Source of the DNA: an uncultured Verrucomicrobiae bacterium
GTDB taxonomy: Bacteria; Verrucomicrobiota; Verrucomicrobiia; Limisphaerales; Palsa-1400
Length of the DNA stretch: 64,000 bases
Direction of reading: 5' to 3'
NCBI GenBank assembly: GCA_963764165.1
Contig: CAVXRD010000002.1
Location: forward strand, 3,264,001 to 3,328,000
This document shows, in pieces, positions 1-9,257 of this stretch. Within the stretch, counting starts at the first letter, position 1. Each line of letters opens with the position of its first letter. The translations under genes and the position numbers were made by a program. The notes under the pieces were generated by a model. It had not been told where the DNA came from. It did no database searches and saw only the letters and a program-made list of their open reading frames with translations.

Positions 1-68
1 ATCGCGGTTTAACAGTTACAATCAAGGGTTTGCTATCGATAATCTGACTGATTGGCTTCGCCGTTAAA

Positions 69-893
69 ATGAACTCGCAAGAACACAATTTGGCCGGGGA
101 AGGTCCGCTTTTGACAATCCGTTTTACGGGGCCGACTCTCAATGAGCAGTCGGTGCCGATTTACGATCTTGCTGAAACCCTACTTGCAATCCAAGGAATC
201 ATCAACAAAGCTGCCTTGCACAAAGACGGGCGGCTTGAAAAGGGAGCGCGACTCCGCGCGGCGGAACGCGAAAGAATTGCGCTCCGCATTGTAAGCCATC
301 GCAAGAGTTCGGATGTGTGGCTATTGGGATCCGCTTTAACAGATCCGTCCTTTGGACCAATTCTTCAAGGGCTGATTGTGGTTGGACTCGCGGCTGTAGG
401 CTCCTATGTGGGTAAGAAGGTTTTTGGCACGGGCGAGCAAGCCAAGCATCAGGCGCGCGAACCGCAAACAATACAGGTTTTGGTCGTGAATATTTTCCCT
501 GAAATACGAACGCTCACACATCGTATTCGAGATGATGGTGAGATTGATGGAATAGAATTGCTTGATGCGAAAAGCACGAGTGAAAAAAGTCTCGTAATCA
601 CGCGTGAAACTCAACATTATGTAAAGGAGATTGAGAACCAAAAAGTACCGGGCAACAGATGCAAGATTGTCGGGCACATTATGAGACTTCACTTGCAGTC
701 CTGTCATTTAGATTTAGAGGAGAGATCAGGACACAAGCTTCGAATAAATATGCCCAGCGAGCTTTTCGAGCAGGTGCGGCGACTGGCCAGTCTCCGTGTT
801 GACGTTGTCTTCGAAGGCGTGCCTCTTTACAAGCTAGGCAACCTCAGTAGTAAGTTTGATGAATTTAACGCGGAGCGGCTTCTTTTACCGTGA
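69..893 (+). CDS. Hypothetical island protein (274 aa) with a central hydrophobic helix and a possible C-terminal OB-like beta domain
   Basis: Long ORF with ATG start and lower GC than the core genes; lies in the tRNA-Cys island array; no family confidently recognised. Confidence 0.75.
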   Translation: MNSQEHNLAGEGPLLTIRFTGPTLNEQSVPIYDLAETLLAIQGIINKAALHKDGRLEKGARLRAAERERIALRIVSHRKSSDVWLLGSALTDPSFGPILQGLIVVGLAAVGSYVGKKVFGTGEQAKHQAREPQTIQVLVVNIFPEIRTLTHRIRDDGEIDGIELLDAKSTSEKSLVITRETQHYVKEIENQKVPGNRCKIVGHIMRLHLQSCHLDLEERSGHKLRINMPSELFEQVRRLASLRVDVVFEGVPLYKLGNLSSKFDEFNAERLLLP

Positions 894-954
894 AAATTCC
901 GCAACATTGTCCAGCCCTGAATGGTTCCCGAGGCCACCACCGTGCGCAAGAAGG

Positions 955-1513
955 ATGACTTTCTCTGACCAAAATCACGACGAAATTGTCTTCCGCGTTC
1001 TCTTGCAACGGGAAGAGAACCGGCCAACCCTGACATTCAAGCTGTTGGAACGCTCACTGCCCACCGACCTATTCAGGCAGATCGAATTCGATTGGCGAAA
1101 TTACATCCGCATGGAGGAACTCGAATTCGACTCCGCATTCCAAAAAGCCGTTCGCAAGCACCTCCCAGGCGTTTACTACGTCCTAATGGCTGCGGAATTT
1201 CTGCACAAAATTCCATTTCACTCAGCGCTAGCCCATTTTCTCCAAATCCAGCAAATCCCAGGCCCGCTGCGCGAGGATGAAATCTTCTCCCTTGCCGAAT
1301 TCTTCGCCGACCACGTCCGAAGTACCCGCATTCTCACGCCAGCCGCACCGACAACCCCTCGAACACCACATCACCACGGACGTGTTGCCGCGCCAGATCA
1401 CCAAGAGCCAGTTACAGCGCCACAGAAACCAAGAGGCCCGGTCCGCCGTTGCGCCTTCTGCAAAGAGTTCATAACCGTAAGCGAACTGCAGGGTCATGTT
1501 GACTCCCACCTTA
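955..1513 (+). pseudogene. Hypothetical protein with a C2H2-like zinc finger (CAFC-x12-H-x3-H). It appears to have lost its native stop and reads through to 2010 on the antisense strand of the truncated integrase
   Basis: In ORF 856..2010 the sequence after ...GHVDSHLK is the antisense of the integrase-homologous DNA; ATG at 955. Confidence 0.5.
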
Positions 1514-2091
1514 AGATGCCACGCCAATCGATAGAACGCATTGCGTTCGGGATTTTGCTCGCGGGCGACAATGGCCAGATGTTCTTCGATGGTAATCGCC
1601 CGCTTTTCCTTGAACTTCAATTTTGGCCATTGCAGACGCGGGACGACCGATTTAAGAAGCCAATCCATGCCAATGGCGTGGTTATGTATCCTGCGCAAAT
1701 AAACGTTCGTCGAGACTTTCCCGTCTGCAAGAGCGCGGTCGAAATGTTCGGCGCGAGTTTCCGCGACCACCAACTTGCGGATGCAATCAAAATTCTTGTC
1801 CTTGATTGCGACCTCCCAGCGGCGGCGCGTCTCATCCGTTTTCTTGGCGACAATATGCTCCATGACCTCTTGCCAGGTGCGCGTCGCCAGCTTTGGGTCA
1901 GCGCCGTTCAGATACACTCGCGCCAAAGACAGATTGAAATGCGGTTGCGACTCCGATTCATTGCGCGCCTGCAAGAGCCGTTGCGCTTCCGCTTTGTCGC
2001 TTGTCTTTAGGGTGGTTTGCTCCCCGGTGATCTTGTTCTTGAGGTAATAAACTCCCCACGGACGCCGTATTAGTCCGAATGTCTGTTTCAT
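1513..2091 (-). pseudogene. Truncated tyrosine integrase (N-terminal ~190 aa only), paralog of 12815..13840
   Basis: Colinear with the intact integrase (VYY, LKT.DKAEA.RLL, NLSLARVYL, G.VSTN, KEKRAIT, NPER, WHL). Similarity stops at WHL (~1513), so the catalytic HxxR/LGH/Y region is missing. Confidence 0.9.
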
Positions 2092-2266
2092 TGCTTCACT
2101 CATTCGTTATGAGTGTGCCGCATTCGGCGTCCTTCGCGTTAACGAGCAGTGGACGAGCTATATCCGAGCAGAGACAGATTTCTGAACGGGCAGCTAATTT
2201 GGTGAAGATTCCGGTGAAGATTCGGCCCTTTGCTCCAAGTAACCCCTGATAATCAAGGGCTTAAAC

Positions 2267-2289
2267 TTGGAGGCGAGGGTCGGAATCGA
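2267..2289 (-). repeat. att core: 23-bp direct repeat of the tRNA-Cys 3' end (TTGGAGGCGAGGGTCGGAATCGA), identical to 14004-14026
   Basis: Exact match seen at both positions. Confidence 0.95.
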
Positions 2290-2388
2290 GCGCCTTCGGT
2301 GGCGGACGACAGGGTTATTTTGCCTTATTTCATGGGTGATTCAAGCGGATTGTGTCACTATTTGAACTGCCGGTTTCCACTTGGTTTA

Positions 2389-2424
2389 TTAGCCATTTTG
2401 TTAGCCATTCTGTTAACCATTTTT
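2389..2424 (+). repeat. Three tandem 12-bp repeats (TTAGCCATTTTG / TTAGCCATTCTG / TTAACCATTTTT); probable integrase arm-type sites
   Basis: The same TGTTAGCCA motif with 12-bp period recurs at 13937-13962, near the other att end. Confidence 0.7.
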
Positions 2425-2437
2425 GATCGTATTTGGT

Positions 2438-2806
2438 TCAAGCGGGCAAATGATCTGCCGGAAAATAGGAGCGATATTTCGCGCGGGGGTCGGTCGGATG
2501 GCTGCCAAACGGATTGAAGTTGCCGCAAGGGTGTTGCCAGACACTGCGCCTCTGATTCCAATGGAATCCCATCGCCCAGAGCAACGCCGCAAGATTCGGC
2601 TTTCGCGACGGTGAAACGTCGAGCCAAACCCATTTGCCGACTACTTCTGCCAATTCATAGTGCCTCGGCAGTCTGGTTCTCAAGGAATTCAAAACCGCCT
2701 CCGTGGAAAGTCCACGATTAGCGCAGTGCGCGGCAAATGTTTTTGAAACCGACGATGGCCGGACATTCGCCGGAGCTGACGCTTCATTATGTTTTGTTGT
2801 TTTCAT
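2438..2806 (-). CDS. Small mobile-element protein (122 aa) with an 'EVVGKWVW...GFHW...W...RAKY' pattern
   Basis: ATG at 2806; the motif pattern resembles a recurrent phage/ICE hypothetical family (from memory); lies directly downstream of a large stem-loop. Confidence 0.75.
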   Translation of the reverse strand: MKTTKHNEASAPANVRPSSVSKTFAAHCANRGLSTEAVLNSLRTRLPRHYELAEVVGKWVWLDVSPSRKPNLAALLWAMGFHWNQRRSVWQHPCGNFNPFGSHPTDPRAKYRSYFPADHLPA

Positions 2807-2828
2807 AGCTTTTTTTTGAAACCGCTGT

Positions 2829-3029
2829 CCGTCACCCTGCCGTTTGCTGCTCGCTTCACAAACGGGGAGACACCGAGCCGGGGCGCGGAAGCGCATTCAA
2901 AACTCAGCGAAAGCTAAAACCGTGACAGTGGCGAAGTGGGAGAAGTGGCGACGCTGGCGCGGTTTTTGATCTCGCTCCTAACTTTCGGCTCGGTGTCGGA
3001 CCAGCGAGCAGCAAACGGTGGGGTGACGG
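2829..3029. promoter_or_regulatory. Long interrupted inverted repeat (~200-nt stem-loop); candidate single-strand origin or Frpo-like ssDNA promoter
   Basis: Perfect arm pairs: 2829-2837/3021-3029 (9 bp), 2840-2855/3003-3018 (16 bp), 2869-2880/2986-2997 (12 bp); a further hairpin at 3224-3288. Confidence 0.65.
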
Positions 3030-3459
3030 CGGGCGTAAAAAAGGCGAAGACAAACAACCTGACCTGTCCCCGCTCGTTTGGAAATTTCTGAAGCCGTGAG
3101 AGTAAAGGAGCGTTTGGGCTGGCCGCCCGCGTGGGGGAAATGGGGCGCGGATCAGCGGACGGACCAAAAAGCGGAATGGAGCGGCGGATTTAGAAATTTG
3201 CCAAGGGAGCGCCGATTGGGCGAGCGCAAGTCTGTGAGCTTTCGAGGCGTAGTCTTTCAAGGGGAATCGAAAGCTGACAGTCTTGCGCGACAGGGCGGGC
3301 GATCGGGGCATGCACATTGACTTTTTGCGCTGCATGATTAGTTTTAGCCGTGAAAATAACCATTAAAGTTGTTACGGTCGCGCATGGAGGTTGGACCAAA
3401 CCAGACTTGCGGGGAGATGCCATTCAGCAATTTCCGCCGACTTTCAAGAAACTTGATTT

Positions 3460-4236
3460 ATGAAGCCTGGCGATGAGCTTGATAATCTCTATGCCCGACT
3501 GAAAGGCATTCACCAATTGCAAGGCGCGATGACGTCGCAAACACCCAAGGATGTTAATTGGATTGTCGCAAGACTCTGTAACCTTCGCGTTCTCACTCAG
3601 TCGGAAGGCTTTTCGCTTCGGGTTAATGAATTTGTAGGAATAGAACGAGCCGAGTTTTCAGGAATACCAGAAAGGGCTGCCCAGGTAATGGCAATTTTAG
3701 AGAGTCGGCGTTCGAAAGCGCTTTTGATCTGGGCTATGCAAAAGCCGATTGCGTTGGCTGTAGTCTTTAGCGATGTGACCGACAGTGTGGTGCTCAACAA
3801 ACGACTCGGGGAAGTCAAGTGGCAGGAGATTTTGGAGGCGCATTTTGCAAGCGCCCGTATTCTCGTAGAGAAGAATGGCGGCTTTTTCGTAAAGGATATT
3901 GGCGACGCATTGATGGCGCTTTTCCATGACGCGGCTTCTGCACTGGATTTCACAATTGAACTCCGCAAGAATCCAGTCGATTCACAAATTGCGGTCCGCC
4001 AAGGCGCTCATATCGGAGAGGTGATCGTGAAGCTAAACGACGCTGTGGGACAGAACGTCAATAAGGCGAGTCGCATTGCAGCAAAAGCGAAGCGCGGCGC
4101 AATAGTAATGTCAGAGGAATTTTTCAATGATGTTCAACGGATAAATTCGCCCGCACATGCTCGCTTGCCGTGGCAAAAATCGCCAAATAATCGCATGAAA
4201 GGTTTCGATGGAACATTTGTGCTTTGGAAGGTCTAG
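3460..4236 (+). CDS. Class III adenylate/guanylate cyclase domain protein with a ~95-aa unknown N-terminal domain
   Basis: Motifs VVFSDVTDS, VKDIGDALM, RQGAHIGEV, DAVGQNVNKASRI. Confidence 0.9.
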   Translation: MKPGDELDNLYARLKGIHQLQGAMTSQTPKDVNWIVARLCNLRVLTQSEGFSLRVNEFVGIERAEFSGIPERAAQVMAILESRRSKALLIWAMQKPIALAVVFSDVTDSVVLNKRLGEVKWQEILEAHFASARILVEKNGGFFVKDIGDALMALFHDAASALDFTIELRKNPVDSQIAVRQGAHIGEVIVKLNDAVGQNVNKASRIAAKAKRGAIVMSEEFFNDVQRINSPAHARLPWQKSPNNRMKGFDGTFVLWKV

Positions 4237-4253
4237 CGCAGACCTCGGGCGGC

Positions 4254-5156
4254 TCAAACCGGACGCCTATTACGCCGAATCAATGCTTCCAAAGCTGCAA
4301 TCGTCATTATCTTGGTCCCATTGTGAATCATCGCGTGGCAGTTTGGACAGATCGGGCGCAAGTCTGCAATCGGGTCAATCACATATTCCTTCCGAATTTC
4401 AGATAACGGCTTGAGGTGGTGAACGTGGATAAAACCGCTGCCTACCTCACCATAAACTTTCTCAAAGTCGAAGCCGCAGACTGAACAACGACAGCCGTAG
4501 TGTTCAATGCACCGCTGGCGAGCGTACGGGTTGCGCTCGTAGATGCTGAGAAACATGTGCCGCATCGCGCCTTCTTTATACTGTGATTTCAAAAGGATTG
4601 ATGGAGAGGCATTCGTGGGAATGTCACCACTGGCGATGGTAGCCAGGTCAGGACCGGGTACCGGCGGAACCGGCGCGTGAGCCTTGGGAAAGCTTGGTTC
4701 TTGCGATTCCTTCGGTGCGATAACTCCCGGTAAAGAAAATGAAGCGAACTTGCCCCTTGCTAATTCCTCAGCAAGCGTTGGTGGCGCAGGTTGTGGAGGT
4801 GGATTTGTCAGCCGATTCTGCATTTCCTGATGGCTCTTGTGGATAAGCTGGCGTCTGAGTCTATCAGGGGGAATCGGGGTTTCGCCCCTCATGTCCACAA
4901 CCACATGAGGCCGCAATTCAGTGGGGCAGGGGCGGATCGTTGTAAAATAACGTCCAAGACGCGTATGGATGACCCTCAATTGGCTGTATAATTTTCGATG
5001 TTTGGCTCCTATTGGTGGCTCCAGAATTATCCCGTCTTTGATTTGGGCGTACCAAAGTCCCTTTCGTTCTTCCGAAACTCGGGCGCACCATTCATCTTCT
5101 CTGACTTTGGCGTCCCATGCTTCCTGAGCTTGCCTTCTCTTTTTTAAAGTGGTCAC
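4254..5156 (-). CDS. HNH endonuclease with an McrA-like C-terminal domain and a Pro-rich, unknown N-terminus
   Basis: YERNP.AR..CI.HYG..C..CGFDF...YG..G..FIHVHH..PLS...DL.P.CPNCHAMIH. The probable GTG start at 5156 overlaps the upstream TGA (GTGA); start uncertain. Confidence 0.85.
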   Translation of the reverse strand: MTTLKKRRQAQEAWDAKVREDEWCARVSEERKGLWYAQIKDGIILEPPIGAKHRKLYSQLRVIHTRLGRYFTTIRPCPTELRPHVVVDMRGETPIPPDRLRRQLIHKSHQEMQNRLTNPPPQPAPPTLAEELARGKFASFSLPGVIAPKESQEPSFPKAHAPVPPVPGPDLATIASGDIPTNASPSILLKSQYKEGAMRHMFLSIYERNPYARQRCIEHYGCRCSVCGFDFEKVYGEVGSGFIHVHHLKPLSEIRKEYVIDPIADLRPICPNCHAMIHNGTKIMTIAALEALIRRNRRPV

Positions 5157-7978
5157 GGCGATTGCACAACCCGATAAAACCGTTGAGCGTCGGGGCCAAT
5201 GGCGGCCGACAAGGTAACGACGCCGTTGGTTGCAACCAGGGGATACCCCAGCGCGTTCCAATTCGGCTGTGTCAGGCTGGTCTTGAATTGGAGTTGATAT
5301 GTTTGTCCCGCGACAGCGCTCCAAGTCAGCGTCAAGGCATTGTTCGCTTGGGTCACTGTTTGAAACACGGGCGGCGGGCTGAAACTGAAAACGGTTCCAA
5401 CGCCACCGCTGCCGCCACTGTCAGTTACGCCGTAGAAGTTGCCGTCGCGGCCTTGAAGCAGGCCGGATAAAGGGGTTTCGCCATTCGCACCGTTGAACGC
5501 GAGCAATGTTGTCAATGCGCCTGATGGGGTCATTGTGAACACGGTGCCGTCGTTGTACGCGCCGCCCCCGGACGTTGTGCCGTAGAAATTCCCGTCGGTT
5601 CCTTGGACAAGACGGCAGTAAGGATAAGAGCCGTTCGTTTGATTGAATGAAACCAGAACGGCAAATGATCCGGCAGGCGTGATTTTGAAAATTGTGCCAT
5701 ATCCGATGCCGCCGTTGACGGCTGACCCGTAAAAATTCCCGTCGGTGCCAAGAGCCAATTCGGCATGAGGATAAGCACCGTCAAACCCATTGGTAAACGC
5801 ATAGAGCGCTCTCAACACGCCATTCGTCGTGACCGCAAAGATCGTGCCCCATCCAGTATAAGCCGAACCATTGAAGCCAACCCCGCCGGAAACCGCGGTG
5901 CCGTAAAGATTCCCGTCGTTTCCAAGCGTCAAGCCTGCCCAGGGATTTGCTCCGTTGGTTCCGGTGAAGGACAGGAGAGGGGCAACTGAGCCGGATGCGG
6001 TCATTCTAAAAATCGCGCCGTAACCATAGCCAGCCGGGTCTTGGGAGAAATAGGCCCCGCCGTTGGCAGTTGTGCCGTACAGGTTGCCGTCAGCGCCGTA
6101 AGCCAAGCCGGAGTGGGGATTTGCCCCATCGGTGGCGGCGGAGAACGAATGGACAGGCGACAGCGCATTAGGTGGAGTCAACTTGAAAACAACGCCATTT
6201 CCATTTTGGCCTCCGTACGCGGTTGTGCCGTAGAAGTTCCCATTGCTCAATTGAATGAGGTTTGCATAATTGTACGGAGTGCGTCCGTCCGTTCCATTGA
6301 ATGATGCCAGATTCGTCAGCGTCCCATTTGGCGCAATCTGAAAAACCGTTCCGTAGTTCGCCGCTCCGGCTTGCAGCGTAGTGCCATAGAAGTTTCCGTC
6401 AGTCCCTTGCACGAGTCCAGTTTGAGGGTTTTCGCCATTCGCGCCAGAGGATGGAAATGAATAAAGCTGGTGAAATATAATCTTCTGCGCGGCGTATAAG
6501 CCTGTGGCCGTTGTTGTCTGATTGGAATTCACTGCGACGGTTTGGCTGGGGGGCGTGGTCCAATCCGCTACTGGGGAGAATCCCACCGCATGGCTGCCCA
6601 CCGTCAAACTGGCGACAGTTGATCCGTTGGTTTGCCAAGCACCTCCGTCCACCTCCCACCGCGCTCCGTCAGTCACGGCCCCGCCTGGACTGAGCGTTAC
6701 CTGTAAGGAACCAACGGCCGGACGAACAAAGGTCAGGCTGAAAACGGTTCCACCAGTTACCGAAGCAGCACCACCCTCCAATGTTGTTCCGTACAAATTC
6801 CCGTCGTTGCCTTGAGCCAGGCCGGTGGAAGGGTAACTGCCATTTGTACCACTGAACGCAAGCAATGTCGTCAACGCGCCGGAGGGAGCCACTTGGAATA
6901 TGGTGCCGGCGTTATCCAAGCCTCCATAAACAGTAGCGCCGTAAAAGTTGCCGTCAGCGCCTTGGATCAGACCTCCAACCGGGGCGGAACCGTCGCTCCC
7001 ACCCGTGAAGGAATATAATGTGCTCAAGGCACCTTGGGAGTTTATTTTGAATACGGTCCCATTACCGCTTGGCCCATAGCCATTGTAGCCCGGGCCGCCC
7101 TGCCGTGTTGTGCCGTAAAAGTTGCCGTCGCTTCCCTGCACTAATGCGCCTGTTGGATATTCACCGTCGGGGCCGGTGAACGAATAAAGAGATGTCAAAA
7201 TTCCCGATGTAGTAATTTTGAATACCGTGCCCTCAGAACTTAGTGTGCCGCCATATTCGGTCGTGCCATAAAAATTACCATCCGCTCCTTGTAATAGCTC
7301 CGCGTGAGGAACGTCGCCATTATCGAAATTCTGAGCCGTCCCTCCTGTCAGTGCCCCGAACGAAACGAGCGTCGTTAGCGTACCGTTCGTGGTTAGGCTG
7401 AACACCGTTCCATTGTTCATGTGATATCCACTAGTCCCGCCGTAACTGGTGGTGCCGTAAAAAGGGCCATCCGCGCCCCGCACCAGGCCCGCCAAAGGAT
7501 ACCCGCCGTCATTACCTCCTGAAAAAGTGTAGAGCGTTTTGAAAATGCCCGCCGGGCTGATCTGGAAAACCGTGCCGGGAATGGCCGGGTTGCCATTTGG
7601 ACTGGTGCCGGAAGTAACGCCGTAGAAATTGCCGTCACCGCCACTCGCTAAAGCACCTAATGGCGTTTCGCCATCGCCGTACGGCCCCGTGAATGAGTGC
7701 AAAGATGTCAAAGCACCGGATGGAGTCATTTTGAACGCCGTTCCGTAACCATTCGTTCCTCCTCCGGAAGTTGTGCCATAAAATGTCCCGTCAGGGCCTT
7801 GGATCAAGACTCCAAGGGGTCCTTCGCCATCGTTTCCGCCGGTAAACGAATAAATTACTTGAAAGCTGACGGCTCCGCGTGCGTGAGAAAACGGAAAGGC
7901 AACGGCAAGAATCCAGACAATGCCGAGGCACCGTCGTGCGCATCGTGTCGCGGTGGAGATTTTTGATTGGTTGCTCAT
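5153..7978 (-). CDS. Secreted Gloeo_Verruco (GloVer) tandem-repeat protein, ~940 aa
   Basis: Signal peptide; two blocks of many 'QG.DGNFYGTT..GG...GTVFK.TP.G.LT.L.SF' repeats; C-terminal 'YQLQ...W...RFYRV' tail. Confidence 0.9.
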   Translation of the reverse strand: MSNQSKISTATRCARRCLGIVWILAVAFPFSHARGAVSFQVIYSFTGGNDGEGPLGVLIQGPDGTFYGTTSGGGTNGYGTAFKMTPSGALTSLHSFTGPYGDGETPLGALASGGDGNFYGVTSGTSPNGNPAIPGTVFQISPAGIFKTLYTFSGGNDGGYPLAGLVRGADGPFYGTTSYGGTSGYHMNNGTVFSLTTNGTLTTLVSFGALTGGTAQNFDNGDVPHAELLQGADGNFYGTTEYGGTLSSEGTVFKITTSGILTSLYSFTGPDGEYPTGALVQGSDGNFYGTTRQGGPGYNGYGPSGNGTVFKINSQGALSTLYSFTGGSDGSAPVGGLIQGADGNFYGATVYGGLDNAGTIFQVAPSGALTTLLAFSGTNGSYPSTGLAQGNDGNLYGTTLEGGAASVTGGTVFSLTFVRPAVGSLQVTLSPGGAVTDGARWEVDGGAWQTNGSTVASLTVGSHAVGFSPVADWTTPPSQTVAVNSNQTTTATGLYAAQKIIFHQLYSFPSSGANGENPQTGLVQGTDGNFYGTTLQAGAANYGTVFQIAPNGTLTNLASFNGTDGRTPYNYANLIQLSNGNFYGTTAYGGQNGNGVVFKLTPPNALSPVHSFSAATDGANPHSGLAYGADGNLYGTTANGGAYFSQDPAGYGYGAIFRMTASGSVAPLLSFTGTNGANPWAGLTLGNDGNLYGTAVSGGVGFNGSAYTGWGTIFAVTTNGVLRALYAFTNGFDGAYPHAELALGTDGNFYGSAVNGGIGYGTIFKITPAGSFAVLVSFNQTNGSYPYCRLVQGTDGNFYGTTSGGGAYNDGTVFTMTPSGALTTLLAFNGANGETPLSGLLQGRDGNFYGVTDSGGSGGVGTVFSFSPPPVFQTVTQANNALTLTWSAVAGQTYQLQFKTSLTQPNWNALGYPLVATNGVVTLSAAIGPDAQRFYRVVQSP

Positions 7979-8171
7979 ATTCTTATCTCGTTGCCGGCCC
8001 GCGCTTCCCGTTGGCGGACCTCGGCCAGGGCGATAAAGCACAATTGCGAGACTCGGAATAAAAAGACATACCTTCAAGAATCCGCTTCATGGCCACCCTG
8101 GGCAAGAAGATTGTGAGTTGGGTGGGTGGGTGGATTGTCGGCCCAGAATGGTATTCATTCCGAAATGCAGA

Positions 8172-8753
8172 TCAACTCGGAATGAGTGCGGACAAGTGTA
8201 ATCGCGACAATAGACTCGATAAACCATGCCGCGCCTTCGCCAACAACTTAAATGCGGTTGCAATGGGCTTCTTTAGGTCGGTATAGGCTGTGCTACTTGC
8301 GGCCAACCTATAAATCCACTTTTTTTCAGGGTGGCGCTTAAGAAAGGCCGTTAAGTCATTGCCGGCACCAAACTTTTTGAGATAAACAAACCCACACATT
8401 GCCCAAACGTCTGCCTCCCACTCTTTGCCCTTTTCAGAGTGAAAAACGAGTCGGACGCCGCGCCTCACTTTAGCGGCAAAATCAGCAATCGCATCTACTT
8501 TCCAATTAATGTTCAGATACCAAGGAGAATGCCTGCGCGGCTTGATTCTCTTAAAGTGCAACAGATAATGCGCAAACTCATGGAGCAGAGTAAAAACATG
8601 CTCGCACCGGGGTTTGTTGGCGTTGATCAAAATACGGCGCTCGCGTGGCAGAAGTTTGCCGTAAACGTTCTCGGGTAAATGATCGACAAACCTGACCTTC
8701 AAGCAAAGCTGCTTGGCCGTTTCTCGAAGGATGTTTTTAGTCTTGAATTTCAT
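8172..8753 (-). CDS. ImmA/IrrE-family metallopeptidase (putative anti-repressor)
   Basis: FTLLHEFAHY (HExxH) with a downstream EWEAD; ATGA overlap with the upstream XRE gene. Confidence 0.88.
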   Translation of the reverse strand: MKFKTKNILRETAKQLCLKVRFVDHLPENVYGKLLPRERRILINANKPRCEHVFTLLHEFAHYLLHFKRIKPRRHSPWYLNINWKVDAIADFAAKVRRGVRLVFHSEKGKEWEADVWAMCGFVYLKKFGAGNDLTAFLKRHPEKKWIYRLAASSTAYTDLKKPIATAFKLLAKARHGLSSLLSRLHLSALIPS

Positions 8754-9139
8754 TTGCTTGCCGGGCGTTGCTTGTTTTTCACAAAGCGTTTGATCATTTT
8801 AAGAACGTCGGGAAGCTGACTTTTCGGTATTGCTGCCAGTTCCCGCACGATTGGGCCAGCTTCCTCCATTCGGAAAAACTCCAATGCTTGATCGTTGGGC
8901 CGTCCGGCGGATTTGAAAAGCTCGCCGTCGGGAATATTCAAAACTCGTTCAAGTCGGTCAATGGCGTCAGTGGATGGCACGCCGCGCTCGCCGTTCAGCA
9001 ATAGCGACAGATACGCGGGCGAAATATCGGCGTTCCTGGCCACCTGGCGCAGAGACAATCCGTCCTTGTGCTCATCCATCGCTTTCTTGAGCAGCCGGAT
9101 GAACCGTTCTGGCGCTTTCGCTGGCTTGTTTTCGGTCAT
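8750..9139 (-). CDS. XRE-family HTH repressor (ImmR/cI-like)
   Basis: LSLRQVARNADISPAYLSLLLNGERGVPS HTH; divergent from a Cro-like gene. Confidence 0.9.
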   Translation of the reverse strand: MTENKPAKAPERFIRLLKKAMDEHKDGLSLRQVARNADISPAYLSLLLNGERGVPSTDAIDRLERVLNIPDGELFKSAGRPNDQALEFFRMEEAGPIVRELAAIPKSQLPDVLKMIKRFVKNKQRPASK

Positions 9140-9148
9140 TTCGCGGCC

Positions 9149-9245
9149 AATTTAGCGCAATGTTTACTGATTGTCAACGGTAATTGCGATTTTCGAGGTC
9201 TGTTTGCGTTTTCTGTGTTTACACCGTGTGAACATGTGCCACATT
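9149..9245. promoter_or_regulatory. Divergent promoter pair with two related operator palindromes
   Basis: Minus strand: TTGACA (9177-9172), 17 bp, TAAATT (9154-9149), just before the repressor ATG. Plus strand: TTTACA (9218), 16 bp, CACATT. Operators TGTTTAC-N5-GTCAACG (9161-9179) and TGTTTAC-N5-GTGAACA (9216-9234) overlap the two -35 elements. Confidence 0.7.
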
Positions 9246-9257
9246 CACCATGAAAGT

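Noticed and set aside
856..2010. 384-aa ORF as a genuine full-length gene
   Set aside because: Its C-terminal ~165 aa are the antisense of the integrase remnant.
3460..5156. Canonical Pycsar or CBASS system
   Set aside because: No cNMP-binding TIR/TM effector or CD-NTase; the two genes are convergent, not operonic.
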